A stretch of 63,096 bases of DNA, the filler included, from Sanchytrium tribonematis (lineage: Eukaryota): NCBI GenBank assembly GCA_018985235.1. It is 28 parts of 28 records of this genome, joined end to end, with 100 filler letters (N's around TTAATTAATTAA, not from the genome) between each part and the next. Parts side by side here need not be neighbours in the genome. Positions count along the whole stretch, not along the records: positions 31,822 to 32,916 come from JADGIG010001422.1; positions 33,017 to 34,108 come from JADGIG010001423.1; positions 34,209 to 35,299 come from JADGIG010001424.1; positions 35,400 to 36,488 come from JADGIG010001425.1; positions 36,589 to 37,677 come from JADGIG010001426.1; positions 37,778 to 38,862 come from JADGIG010001427.1; positions 38,963 to 54,897 come from JADGIG010000141.1; 21 more parts are not named here. One strand, written 5' to 3'. Positions 31,822-41,854 of this stretch are shown here, in pieces (the stretch's first letter is position 1; each line of letters starts with the position of its first letter). Position numbers and translations under genes: made by a program. The notes below the pieces were generated by a model. That model was not told the origin of the DNA. It ran no database searches and saw only the letters and a list, made by a program, of their open reading frames with translations.

Positions 31822-32852
31822 GTCCAAAATTGAGAATTTTGTATTTTCAAGCGAATCAATTGACTCAATTGCCTGAAATGAGAATGCATTACTTACATAC
31901 ACTATATTTGCAAATGAATAACTTGCAGGATGTTTATGGATTGCAGGATTGTGAGAATTTGAGAGTTCTTGATTTGACATTGAATTTTATAAGTGATTTG
32001 AAATGCATTTATGGACTAGGATTTAACAACAAATTGATAGATCTAGCACTAGAGGGGAATCCAATCTGTAAAGAAGTAGAATATTTCGAGTTTATTGTAA
32101 GCGCATTGCCAAATTTAGAGAAATTGGATCACAAAGAATTGACACAGAAAGACAAGAATTTAGCAATGAAGACCTTTCCAAATCAAATTAATGAGATGAA
32201 AGAGTACCTCAAAAACTACAAGAGACTGAAAATTGAGATAAATCAAGAATTAATCCAGCCAAATTTGAATATCACTTCAGATGATTTCGCAAAACAAATG
32301 TGTGCTCATACTATTGAAGATAGAATTCGTACAGCACGAGAATTGAAAATTATTAGAGATAAAGATGAGAAAGCCAATGAAGTTGTACTAAAAACGCGAG
32401 AATATTTGGATGGAAATGGCAATATTTATCAATGTGACGAATTGGGCTTCAAATATAAGTGTAAATTGACTAGTAATGTGATTCAATTCATAATTTATAT
32501 TCCAAAATACATCCCAAGAAGTGAAATCACCTGTAATGTCGAATTCGATCACATCAAAATAATTTACAATGAAAAACGCTTACAGCTCAAATCCATTTGT
32601 GAGATGCACAAACAAACATCAAATGCCACTAGAAATGAAACTTCTGGGATTCTCTACTTGACAGCATACAAATTGGCAAATTTCAAAGATTTCAAAGAAT
32701 CTCCGTTGAAAATGTTTGAGAGAGAAATGGAGTCAGAAAAGGCTTTGAAATCTCTAAAAAATACCAAATCAACCTATCCACAAACACATTCAACAGCTGT
32801 TGAAGACACTTTCATTGATTCTGACCTAGAAATGCCAGATTTAATAAATTGA
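31822..32852 (+). CDS. Dynein axonemal assembly factor LRRC6/DNAAF11-like, 5' partial
   Basis: ILYFQANQL, LDLTLNFI, LEGNP, LPNLEKLD, HTIEDR, GNIYQCDE, CS-like C-terminal domain. Confidence 0.8.
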
Positions 32853-33016
32853 TTCCATTTATTCACAATTTGTTGCCAAATAAACCAATTTCTCTAAAAT
32901 CGCATTTTTAGCCTTTNNNNNNNNNNNNNNNNNNNNNNNNNNNNNNNNNNNNNNNNNNNNTTAATTAATTAANNNNNNNNNNNNNNNNNNNNNNNNNNNN
33001 NNNNNNNNNNNNNNNN

Positions 33017-33634
33017 ACTATTGAGATTTTTGAGTTCGACTCTACCTTTCTCATTTTTTGATATATTTACGTCGCATCTGAATGATCCATCTTCCATGTC
33101 GGCATTTGAAATGTCGAAAGATCTAACAATACCCTGGACAGCCTTAATCGTAGACACTGCGTCCTCTGCGCTTCTAATGTCAGGTTTCGTAACAATTTCA
33201 ATCAAAGCCATTCCTGCTCGATTGAGATCTAACGAATAAATCGATTCTTTAATGAGACTTGATTTTGCAGTATCTTGTTCCAATTGAACGCATTCAATAC
33301 CGACTTTGAAAGCATCTTTCGCTCCTAAAGCAATTAATTGTCCATCAAAACCAATTGGTTTAAATTTCTGAGTGATTTGATATCCGCTGAAAAGATCCGG
33401 ATATGCATAGTGCTTTCTATCAAATTGAATGGGCGTATTAATATTACATTTGAAAGCTAGAGCTGCTCTTAACCCCAATTTTACAGCTTCGAGATTCAAA
33501 ATTGGCAAACTCCCTGGTAACGCTATGTCAAATGGCTGAACCTGGGAATTTATAGCTCCACTAGTCTCGGAGCACGAAAATAATTTGTGTTTAGATTTTA
33601 ATTGACAATGGATTTCCAATCCTATTTTGAGCAT
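33017..33634 (-). CDS. PET112: Glu-tRNA(Gln) amidotransferase subunit B, 3' partial
   Basis: IGLEIHCQL, FDRKHY.YPD, GYQITQ, LEQDTAK, DLNRAG, GSFRCDVN, RVELKN. Confidence 0.95.
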
Positions 33635-34208
33635 CTCCTATGTTTTTTGTCGGAAATAAAAACTTTTTTGAATTTTATTTTATTTATTATCAAGGTATAG
33701 ACTGATTTATTATCTGTTAAAAAATTTGGAATTATCAGGGATCTTAAAATAGAAAATCTATTTCTTTCATTTCCACGAAGAAAATTGCAGGATTCTAATT
33801 GCAATTGTATAATTGATTATCGTTTAAGAAACGAATTTAAAAATCGAAGGCTAATGAAATTTAGTCAAATGGTGTATTTTAGGCTTCAGGATTTATACCT
33901 TTAGTCAACCAACCCCTTTTTCCATAGCACTTTCAGATAATACCCAAGTCACACTCACGTTCTTCACTGATTAAGCATTATTTCTCGAAATCCAATTTTT
34001 TGCAATATCCTTACTACTTGAATGCGACGGCATGACGTCGGAAACTCGAAATTGTAGCGGATGGTTGTCAAACCTTCTTTCTGTTACTTCATTGAGACTC
34101 AATAACATNNNNNNNNNNNNNNNNNNNNNNNNNNNNNNNNNNNNNNNNNNNNTTAATTAATTAANNNNNNNNNNNNNNNNNNNNNNNNNNNNNNNNNNNN
34201 NNNNNNNN

Positions 34209-34439
34209 ATCATGAAATGCAATTGATTTTTGTGCCTTACCATATTCATGAATCCAATAAAGTGGTAATTGATGGATTGGGTGATCTGGAATGGAGGGAA
34301 TTGAGCAAGTAGATTTAAGCTGATGAGCTAGATGGATTCTTAATTTGATAGAGCAATTTAATAGAGATGCAATGTAATAATCATTCGTATAGCAACAGAT
34401 TAAATCAATTATTTCTATCGGTAGTTTATTATTGATCAT
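34209..34439 (-). CDS. Hypothetical protein with an F-box-like start, partial
   Basis: KLPIEIIDLICCY. Confidence 0.5.
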
Positions 34440-34471
34440 TTGTTTCAAAACCGTGGAAAACTATAATTTAT

Positions 34472-34933
34472 TCAAGAACTCAGTTCTTTAAAGTATTTTG
34501 CAGTTGAATCTGCCATTACTTGTAAACTCTTTTGTTTACAATAAAACCAACTATAATTCATATCACAATCATCCATATCTTTCATCCATCTGTTACAATT
34601 CCCAGTATTTATACTGCAATAAGGTGCATATGGTGGACATGTTCGTACATGAAGTGTAACACCATCATAAGAAGATCCACAATTCCATCTTCTACATGCT
34701 GGATGCGAGCTGAAACTTGGGTGGCATATTTTTTTGGCTGTTTCATCATTCGTACAAGTCCCTTTGAATTCATAATCATTTCCAAATTCACTATTTTTTG
34801 CAGCATTTACACAATATGGTTTATCTTGTGTACAAGTTTTTGCATATCCGTTAATAGCACCACAATTTCCATCTGTACTCAAAAATGGATTCTTTTGAGC
34901 TAATGCAAATGTCGATTGTAACATGTAAATCAT
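34472..34933 (-). CDS. Small secreted Cys-rich protein with two hevein/CBM18-like repeats
   Basis: Short signal-like N-terminus; STDGNCG..TC....PYC and NCG..TC....PYCS..GNC. Confidence 0.65.
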   Translation of the reverse strand: MIYMLQSTFALAQKNPFLSTDGNCGAINGYAKTCTQDKPYCVNAAKNSEFGNDYEFKGTCTNDETAKKICHPSFSSHPACRRWNCGSSYDGVTLHVRTCPPYAPYCSINTGNCNRWMKDMDDCDMNYSWFYCKQKSLQVMADSTAKYFKELSS

Positions 34934-35619
34934 ACTCAATGGATGATTTTGCAGTTTAAATACATTGCAATATCATGTGATTGGTCGGCAAGGTTGATTT
35001 TTAACCATGAAACAATCCTGATTGGCATCAATCTAATTCAAATCCACTTGCATTCCCTTGTACGCATTTGCATCAAATAATCATGTCTAGCAGTCGCATG
35101 TCATGTCAATTTATTTATGTCAATTTATTTATTCAAATAATTGTCGTTTCAATTCTCTCAATACAAGTCAGTGACATCTGAAGTAGAAGGAGAAAATATT
35201 TAGGACAAGTATACAATTGGTGAAAGCCCAACAAATTGCAATTATTGATACAAATCAATTACGATACTCTCAATAAACACTTTACCCTTATTATTTGACN
35301 NNNNNNNNNNNNNNNNNNNNNNNNNNNNNNNNNNNNNNNNNNNTTAATTAATTAANNNNNNNNNNNNNNNNNNNNNNNNNNNNNNNNNNNNNNNNNNNNT
35401 AGTTGTATAATAAAATTTTGAATCGTTGATCAATTGACAAGTACTCTCGAGTTGGTGATCGATGCTTTGCTTGATCGACTTGTCTAATTTCTGTAAAGCG
35501 GACTGTTTTCTTTGCCCAAATATTAACTGTGTCATTAGATTCGGAAATTTGTATCAGAAAATGGGAGATTTGCACGTGCAACAGAACTCTATTTTTGAAA
35601 GGAATTAATAATCATTGAA

Positions 35620-36012
35620 ATGGCACCAAAATTAAGAAAGCAATTGAACCAATACGTAGTAGATGTTTCCATTCCAGCTAGAGACAAGGTTTTTGACGTC
35701 AAACAATTCGAAAAATATTTACACGATCACATCAAGGTGGATGGCAAAACCAACAATTTTGGTGAAGTTGTCACCATTACTTTGAAAGGAGACAAATTGG
35801 TAGTTGATGCAACAAACTTTACTCCGCTATACACAAACCCAAAGCAGCAAAAAAGTGGTCAATGTCCTAGATACTCAATCTCTAAAAAGGCCTTGAAATT
35901 TTACACCAAAAAATTTTTAAAAAAATCTGACTTGAGAGATCATTTAAGAATTGTTTCGGAAGACAAAAATAGTTTTGTTCTAAAATATTACAATGTTGGC
36001 AGTGCTGAATAA
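35620..36012 (+). CDS. RPL22: 60S ribosomal protein eL22
   Basis: FEKYLHDHIKVDGKTNN, TKKFLKK.DLRD.LRIV, LKYYN. Confidence 0.95.
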   Translation: MAPKLRKQLNQYVVDVSIPARDKVFDVKQFEKYLHDHIKVDGKTNNFGEVVTITLKGDKLVVDATNFTPLYTNPKQQKSGQCPRYSISKKALKFYTKKFLKKSDLRDHLRIVSEDKNSFVLKYYNVGSAE

Positions 36013-36130
36013 ATACTTCAACCAGTGTAACAGTCTCTGGTAGTTGTCGCAAAGCGTCAACTTACTTTTTTCATATTAATTCGTCGGCTCCTCCAAATCG
36101 CAAATAAAATAATGTTTGAAACATTTTGTA

Positions 36131-36488
36131 ATGGCCAGCTTTGGTGAAAAAATTGTGATCGTATTTGTAGTTTGGCTAATTACATTTATCCCTATTACAT
36201 CACAAAGATACGTATGGCTACCTTGGCTGATCGAAAATGAAAAGAATTTGTTTTTATGGTTAGGGCCTTTTAATTTGGTAATTTTTTCTATTTGGATTAA
36301 TTATTTTTTAGCAGTGACCACGCCACCTGGCTCGCCTCCGGAAAATTGGAAGCCTTCGAATGACTATATGGTTCTAAAGAAGTCTCAAAAGAAGCCAAGG
36401 TACTGCCAGATATGTAAAAAGTATAAACCTCCCAGGGCGCATCATTGCTCTGCTTGTGACCAATGCATTTCTAGAATGGATCATCATT
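36131..36488 (+). CDS. DHHC palmitoyltransferase (PFA4-like), 3' partial
   Basis: TPPGSPP, RYCQICKKYKPPRAHHC..C..C..RMDHH. Confidence 0.92.
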
Positions 36489-36923
36489 NNNNNNNNNNNN
36501 NNNNNNNNNNNNNNNNNNNNNNNNNNNNNNNNTTAATTAATTAANNNNNNNNNNNNNNNNNNNNNNNNNNNNNNNNNNNNNNNNNNNNAGTGATTTGGCG
36601 TTAAATGACTTGATATTGTTGTATATATTACTTGGCACTTCTTTAATATTTATGATGGAAATTTGTTCAGAAAACATTTAAGGGGTATAAACCTTCTACA
36701 ATATTGTACCTAAAACTCTATATTAACAATATGATATTTGTCAATATCCATAAGAACATAGCATACTTTCAGTGCCTACAGCTTTTTGTAGCGGGATGAA
36801 GAATGATCTTGTCAACTAATAACATTTTGTCATGAGTCTCAGAACAATCACCAGCAATGCGAAAAAAATTCCCCAATATTAGGGATGAACCTTGAATTAA
36901 AGTATTTCCCAGAAAACAAATGA

Positions 36924-37006
36924 TGAGAGAGAGGGGATTCGAACCCCTGCTTACAGAGTAAATCACGGCCTTAACGTGACGCCTTAGACCACTCGGCCAC
37001 TCTCCC
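36924..37006 (-). tRNA. tRNA-Leu(AAG)
   Basis: Acceptor GGGAGAG/CTCTCTC-A, D arm TGGCCGAGTGGTCTAAGGC, anticodon arm TCACG-TTAAGGC-CGTGA, long variable arm, T arm AGGGG-TTCGAAT-CCCCT. Confidence 0.96.
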
Positions 37007-37165
37007 TATCATAATTTTAGTTCTTGCTCTTTCTAAGCCAGTATTTCGATATTTTACCAATTGATAGAATTTCCCAGATCATGAAATTAGTTTTCAAAGT
37101 GTATATATAACCTTTTTTAGCACAAATTGATCGAATCCAGAAACGCGGAGTTAACATTTTTCAAA

Positions 37166-37677
37166 ATGCAGTCACCAACAATTAAAACCAAGATGAGCCA
37201 TTTGCTGCATAAGCAAGTGGGAAATATTAAAATATTGAAATCATTGGGCAGTGGAGCAAATGCTACTGTATATCTTGGAGAAGTTTTTGATGATAAAAAA
37301 AAGTCACCGCATCTAAAACTTCATTTTGAAGATATTCTGCATCACAATCACCATCATGAATCTGATGATGATGTACAACTAGTTGCAGTGAAACAACTTC
37401 ATTCTGAGGATCAGAGACATGTACAGCATTTGACCGAAGAGTATTGTATAGCATCGCAATTGAACCACGATAACATTGTGAAAGTATTTGATTTGTTTTA
37501 TGATCACTATTGGTGCTATGTCTCGGAGTACGCTGGTTGCGAATTATTCAAATGGATCGAAGCGGGGATGTCAACTTCACAATGCAATCGAACTGTTAAG
37601 CAATTGCTTAGCGCAGTGGCATATCTAGATGAAGTTGGCATCTGTCATAGGGATATCAAACCTGAAAATATCCTTTG
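37166..37677 (+). CDS. Ser/Thr kinase, fungal HAL/NPR-like family, 3' partial
   Basis: LGSGANATV, VAVK, EYCIASQLNHDNIV, HRDIKPEN. Confidence 0.9.
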
Positions 37678-38023
37678 NNNNNNNNNNNNNNNNNNNNNNN
37701 NNNNNNNNNNNNNNNNNNNNNTTAATTAATTAANNNNNNNNNNNNNNNNNNNNNNNNNNNNNNNNNNNNNNNNNNNNCATGTCTCTTTTATAACAAATGG
37801 GGCAACACGTGGTTGTACAAATATACCCCGCTGCTAAATAGTCAAGTCGCACACAGGTGAGTACAACGAATTTGCAAATGGACGCCCCCGAAATGACTCA
37901 CCAGTGACTCCCAAATGTCAAAAATCCATTTATTTTGCCCATTTATTTGCCCATTGATTCCAAAAAACTGATTAATTTTGCCCATTAATTTACCCTGTAC
38001 TTCCAAATGCAAATCAGAATCTG

Positions 38024-38833
38024 TTAAATAAGATCCATACTCGCAAAAGATTCAATTATACGATCTGGATTTCCTATTAATTCGGGTGGCAATTCTACCG
38101 ATTCGTCAAATTCACTAAATGAATCAGAATAGTCAGCGGGAAGCCACTTTATAAATGAATCTACATCTCCCTGATAATGATATTTTTTACAAATATTAGT
38201 GATGGCCTCTATCTGTTTTTCTTTTGTTCTAGGTCTGTTTATATAAAATATTTGTGCAAAATCGTTGAAACACCTTGGAATTCGAATTTTCAACTGTTCT
38301 TTGTATTCTGCGCCATTTAGTTTCGGTTCAGCTGTTTTCAAATCACTAAATATCTGATAATATACTGCATACATTGTACGGTAATACGCTTTTCCTTGTT
38401 CAGACAATTGATCTATAGATCGAAGGGTTGTAATCACCGCATACCAAATAGAATTTATCTGCTGTTCAGAAAAATCATTACTTGAAATATATTTTGCTGC
38501 GTAAAATAGAATATTGACTGGTTTTGCAGGATCTTTAATTTTTGGGAGAAGTGTATAAATATTAGGATCACCAAATGCTTCGAAATATTTTGATTTCAAA
38601 GTAAGCTTTTTAAATTCATCTTTTCTCTTTTCTTCCAATTTTTGATTTGCTCCCTTTTTAGCAGCTCTTTGATTTGATTTATAAGCCTTTGACTGTGCCC
38701 TTTTTTTTCTCGTTGATGTTCCGGACACCGTATCAACGTTCATATTTTGAAAACTTTTTAAAAGGGATGACGGTAATTCTTTGTTTTCCTCATTTACATA
38801 CATTCCAAATACAATCCATAATACAATCAACAT
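38024..38833 (-). CDS. Hypothetical protein with a short hydrophobic N-terminus and basic segment
   Basis: 269-aa ORF; MLIVLWIVFG start; RKKR motif. Confidence 0.7.
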   Translation of the reverse strand: MLIVLWIVFGMYVNEENKELPSSLLKSFQNMNVDTVSGTSTRKKRAQSKAYKSNQRAAKKGANQKLEEKRKDEFKKLTLKSKYFEAFGDPNIYTLLPKIKDPAKPVNILFYAAKYISSNDFSEQQINSIWYAVITTLRSIDQLSEQGKAYYRTMYAVYYQIFSDLKTAEPKLNGAEYKEQLKIRIPRCFNDFAQIFYINRPRTKEKQIEAITNICKKYHYQGDVDSFIKWLPADYSDSFSEFDESVELPPELIGNPDRIIESFASMDLI

Positions 38834-38962
38834 GGAGGATGGACATCAATTTTCTTTTAATANNNNNNNNNNNNNNNNNNNNNNNNNNNNNNNNNNNNNN
38901 NNNNNNTTAATTAATTAANNNNNNNNNNNNNNNNNNNNNNNNNNNNNNNNNNNNNNNNNNNN

Positions 38963-40948
38963 TCATGTTTCCCCAAAGTTGAGAGATTATTCACCTTGAT
39001 TGGAGTAGCTTTTAAAAATTTTGAATCTGGTGAATCAGAAATTTCCATACTGCTTCCAGATCTTTCATCGGATGATATTTTCGAGTCCAACTCCAACTTA
39101 CTGTCCATCTTTACTCGCATAATATCTGGAAAACTTCTGGTTCTAAAAAGTCTGGCTTCAACAACTTCTATATCATTTAAATCATTTTTAACCGAAGTGT
39201 AAAGCTCATTAGTTTCCCCAAATGACATCAAAACTCGTTGAAGTGCTTCACTATTTCCACTTTCTTTACATAATTCCATATAGCCATCTAGAATACTAGA
39301 CTGAGTATAAATAGAATTTTCGTACAATTCTAGCTGAGTGGTCAGACCAGCATTTGCGAGAGATAGTTTAAAACGATCAACTTCGGCTTCTGCGTATCTC
39401 GATGTCACAGAGGTATAATTTTTTTTCAAATCTTCTACTTCTTCAAATCCTCGTTCAATGGTATCCTGGAGAGAAGCTTGTTGTTCTAAAAGTAGCGCGT
39501 TGGAAATATCCAACTTTTCAAGTTTTCGAACTATTATAAATTCCAGTCTAGTCCGAATTGACGAATCAAGATTCGCGGCAAAAGTTCTCAATTTTTCAAA
39601 GCAGTGCGCATCGATGCGAATTCGATGCAGTTTGAAAGATATCTCTGCCAGCTCCTTTTGCGTCTCTCCAATCTTGTCGAATATAAGCTTAGCTTGAAAA
39701 GAGAATTCTTGTAATGATTCCTGAGTCTTTTTTTGATGCTCTTTCACTGCATTTTCTGTCATGGATCTTAACTTGAAATTTTCAGACTTCAATTCATCAA
39801 TCATTTCCAAATATTGCGCAACATGTAGTTTTACATTTACAATGTTTTTTTTCACATTAACCTGAATGTTTTTGGCCCTATTTGCATATTTGAGCGTATT
39901 GTGGGTCTCTTCATAGTGCGCTAATGTAGGGCTAATGTTGCAGATCATCACCGTTTTACAATTTCCGGATAGACTCTGTTTCAGAAGTCGGGTGAGTTTG
40001 GAGTCCCTAAATGGTATATGCCTTCCTTTGTTTGTACAGAGAGCATTAATACAATTTCCAAGTGCCAGCAAAGAGCGATTAATGTTAGCACCTTCCCGAC
40101 GTCTTTGCATTCCTTTTTTCGATGTCGCACTAGCCCTTTCACTTCCTGCGAGATCAATAATACTTAATATACTTTCATTGTAATTGGACTCTCCTTTCAA
40201 TCGCGATTTGACTTTCACCCTTAATATCGCATGTGATCTTGATGAATTGGCATTTGCTTCAGTAGCCGACTGAGAGCGCCTTTTGTTTCCCATGATTATC
40301 AAGTCCATTACGGCAGATGCAGATTGTGGTATATGTCGTGACAAATTTGCCACCATTGTTTCCCTTTTATCTTCTCGTAATTGAAGCTGAGATTCAGGAA
40401 CGAGCAGGTCTCGCAACTGTTCATTATAAATTTCCAAATAACTCATTTCAAAATGTATTTCAGATTCCGGATGTTCATCTATCTGTTTATATAAATATTG
40501 CATAGACAAAAACACAATTCCAGGGTCCTCCTTGACTCCACTTATGGTGTAAGTTTTCCCTATGTGAATGAGTAATACCTGCTCCAGTGGCACCATATGC
40601 AAATATAGTGGCATGATACCCATCGATAACGTCTTTTAGTAAAGGTTCGCATAGGCTTGAAAATATTTGTTGTTGCGAAGTTTTCATATCAAAAACTCTG
40701 TCAAATGCATATTTTATATCTTTTTTATATCTTTTACTCGTAGCTAATCTAGCTAAACGATTTTCATCTGGCTGGGATTTATGTATTGGATCAAATATAA
40801 GCACAGTCTCGTCAAGTGGCTGTACTGTATGGACTGGTTGGTAAAATTGATCAAGCTCTGATGGTGGCTGCAATTCCTGAGGACTGAATGGTCTTATCCT
40901 AACAGCAACAGATATTGATGGCATATCTTGTAAAGAAGGAGAAAACAT
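38963..40948 (-). CDS. KIP3: Kinesin-8 family motor, 3' partial, 19-nt intron at 40560-40578
   Basis: VAVRIRP, YAFDRVF, spliced P-loop YGATGAGKT, NANSSRSH, IDLAGSER, EGANINRSLLALGNCINAL, ETHNTLKYANRAK. Confidence 0.95.
40560..40578 (-). other. 19-nt intron GTATTACTCATTCACATAG
   Basis: Interrupts the invariant P-loop GAGKT, which fixes both boundaries. Confidence 0.97.
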
Positions 40949-40965
40949 TGTTTTCACAGACCGAT

Positions 40966-41823
40966 TTATTGAGAAATTTTGATTAAAATTGACGAATCAG
41001 GATTTAGGCTGATAAATTCATTGAACCTACATTGATATTCGAGTGTTCCAATTAATAATTTTATAACCGAGTAATATTTTACAATTCTGTATAATGATAC
41101 CAAAGAATCTTTAGAGCTTGGGCTTCTCAAGGTGAATTCGCTTTGCTTTTTCTTTATGCCAAATCCAATCTCCTTAATGTCCAAATCTAGGTCCAGTTGG
41201 AGACCGTCACCATGCAACTTAATTGTCGGACTTGATGACGGAATTGATTTTATAAATTCTAAAAATTTACCTTCTATCTTTAATGTAAAGCAAATCACTT
41301 GAATTGGTATATTTTTTGCTATTGTGATTTTGCTATTTATTCTAAGTTTTTCATTCTTTTGTTGCAAGATTGACTCGTAATCAAAAATCAAAGAAATTGG
41401 ATTTTCTGAACAATTCAATGAAATTATTCCTTGGGGAAGCAGAATCGTATCTAAGCTGCTCAAATTGTTTCCTCTTATATCCAAATATTTTAGTTTTTCT
41501 AGCGTGGTAATTACTGGGACCTCCGTGAATTCATTATATGCCAAGCCCAATACCACAAGATTGGGTGGAAGGCTTCTTTCTATTCTAGAGATATAATTTC
41601 CATTAAGCATTAGAATTTCGAGGTTTTGAGGCCATTCTATATCAATTTTTGACAACAAATTGCAACATAGATTCAATTCTTTTAAATTAGAATATTTTGC
41701 AATATTTACAATATCCAAATTCAAATTGGACATATCTAGTGTAACTATAAATTGATTTTTCATTTCTTCTGTCCACTCTTTTTTCAAATACCGAAATTGC
41801 GGTGAAATAATCGTTTTTATCAT
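40966..41823 (-). CDS. LRR protein (SDS22-like repeats)
   Basis: LMLNGNYI, LGLAYNEF, LDIRGNNL, ENPI. Confidence 0.8.
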   Translation of the reverse strand: MIKTIISPQFRYLKKEWTEEMKNQFIVTLDMSNLNLDIVNIAKYSNLKELNLCCNLLSKIDIEWPQNLEILMLNGNYISRIERSLPPNLVVLGLAYNEFTEVPVITTLEKLKYLDIRGNNLSSLDTILLPQGIISLNCSENPISLIFDYESILQQKNEKLRINSKITIAKNIPIQVICFTLKIEGKFLEFIKSIPSSSPTIKLHGDGLQLDLDLDIKEIGFGIKKKQSEFTLRSPSSKDSLVSLYRIVKYYSVIKLLIGTLEYQCRFNEFISLNPDSSILIKISQ

Positions 41824-41854
41824 GACCTAATTGATATATTCGAAATTAAGCGGA

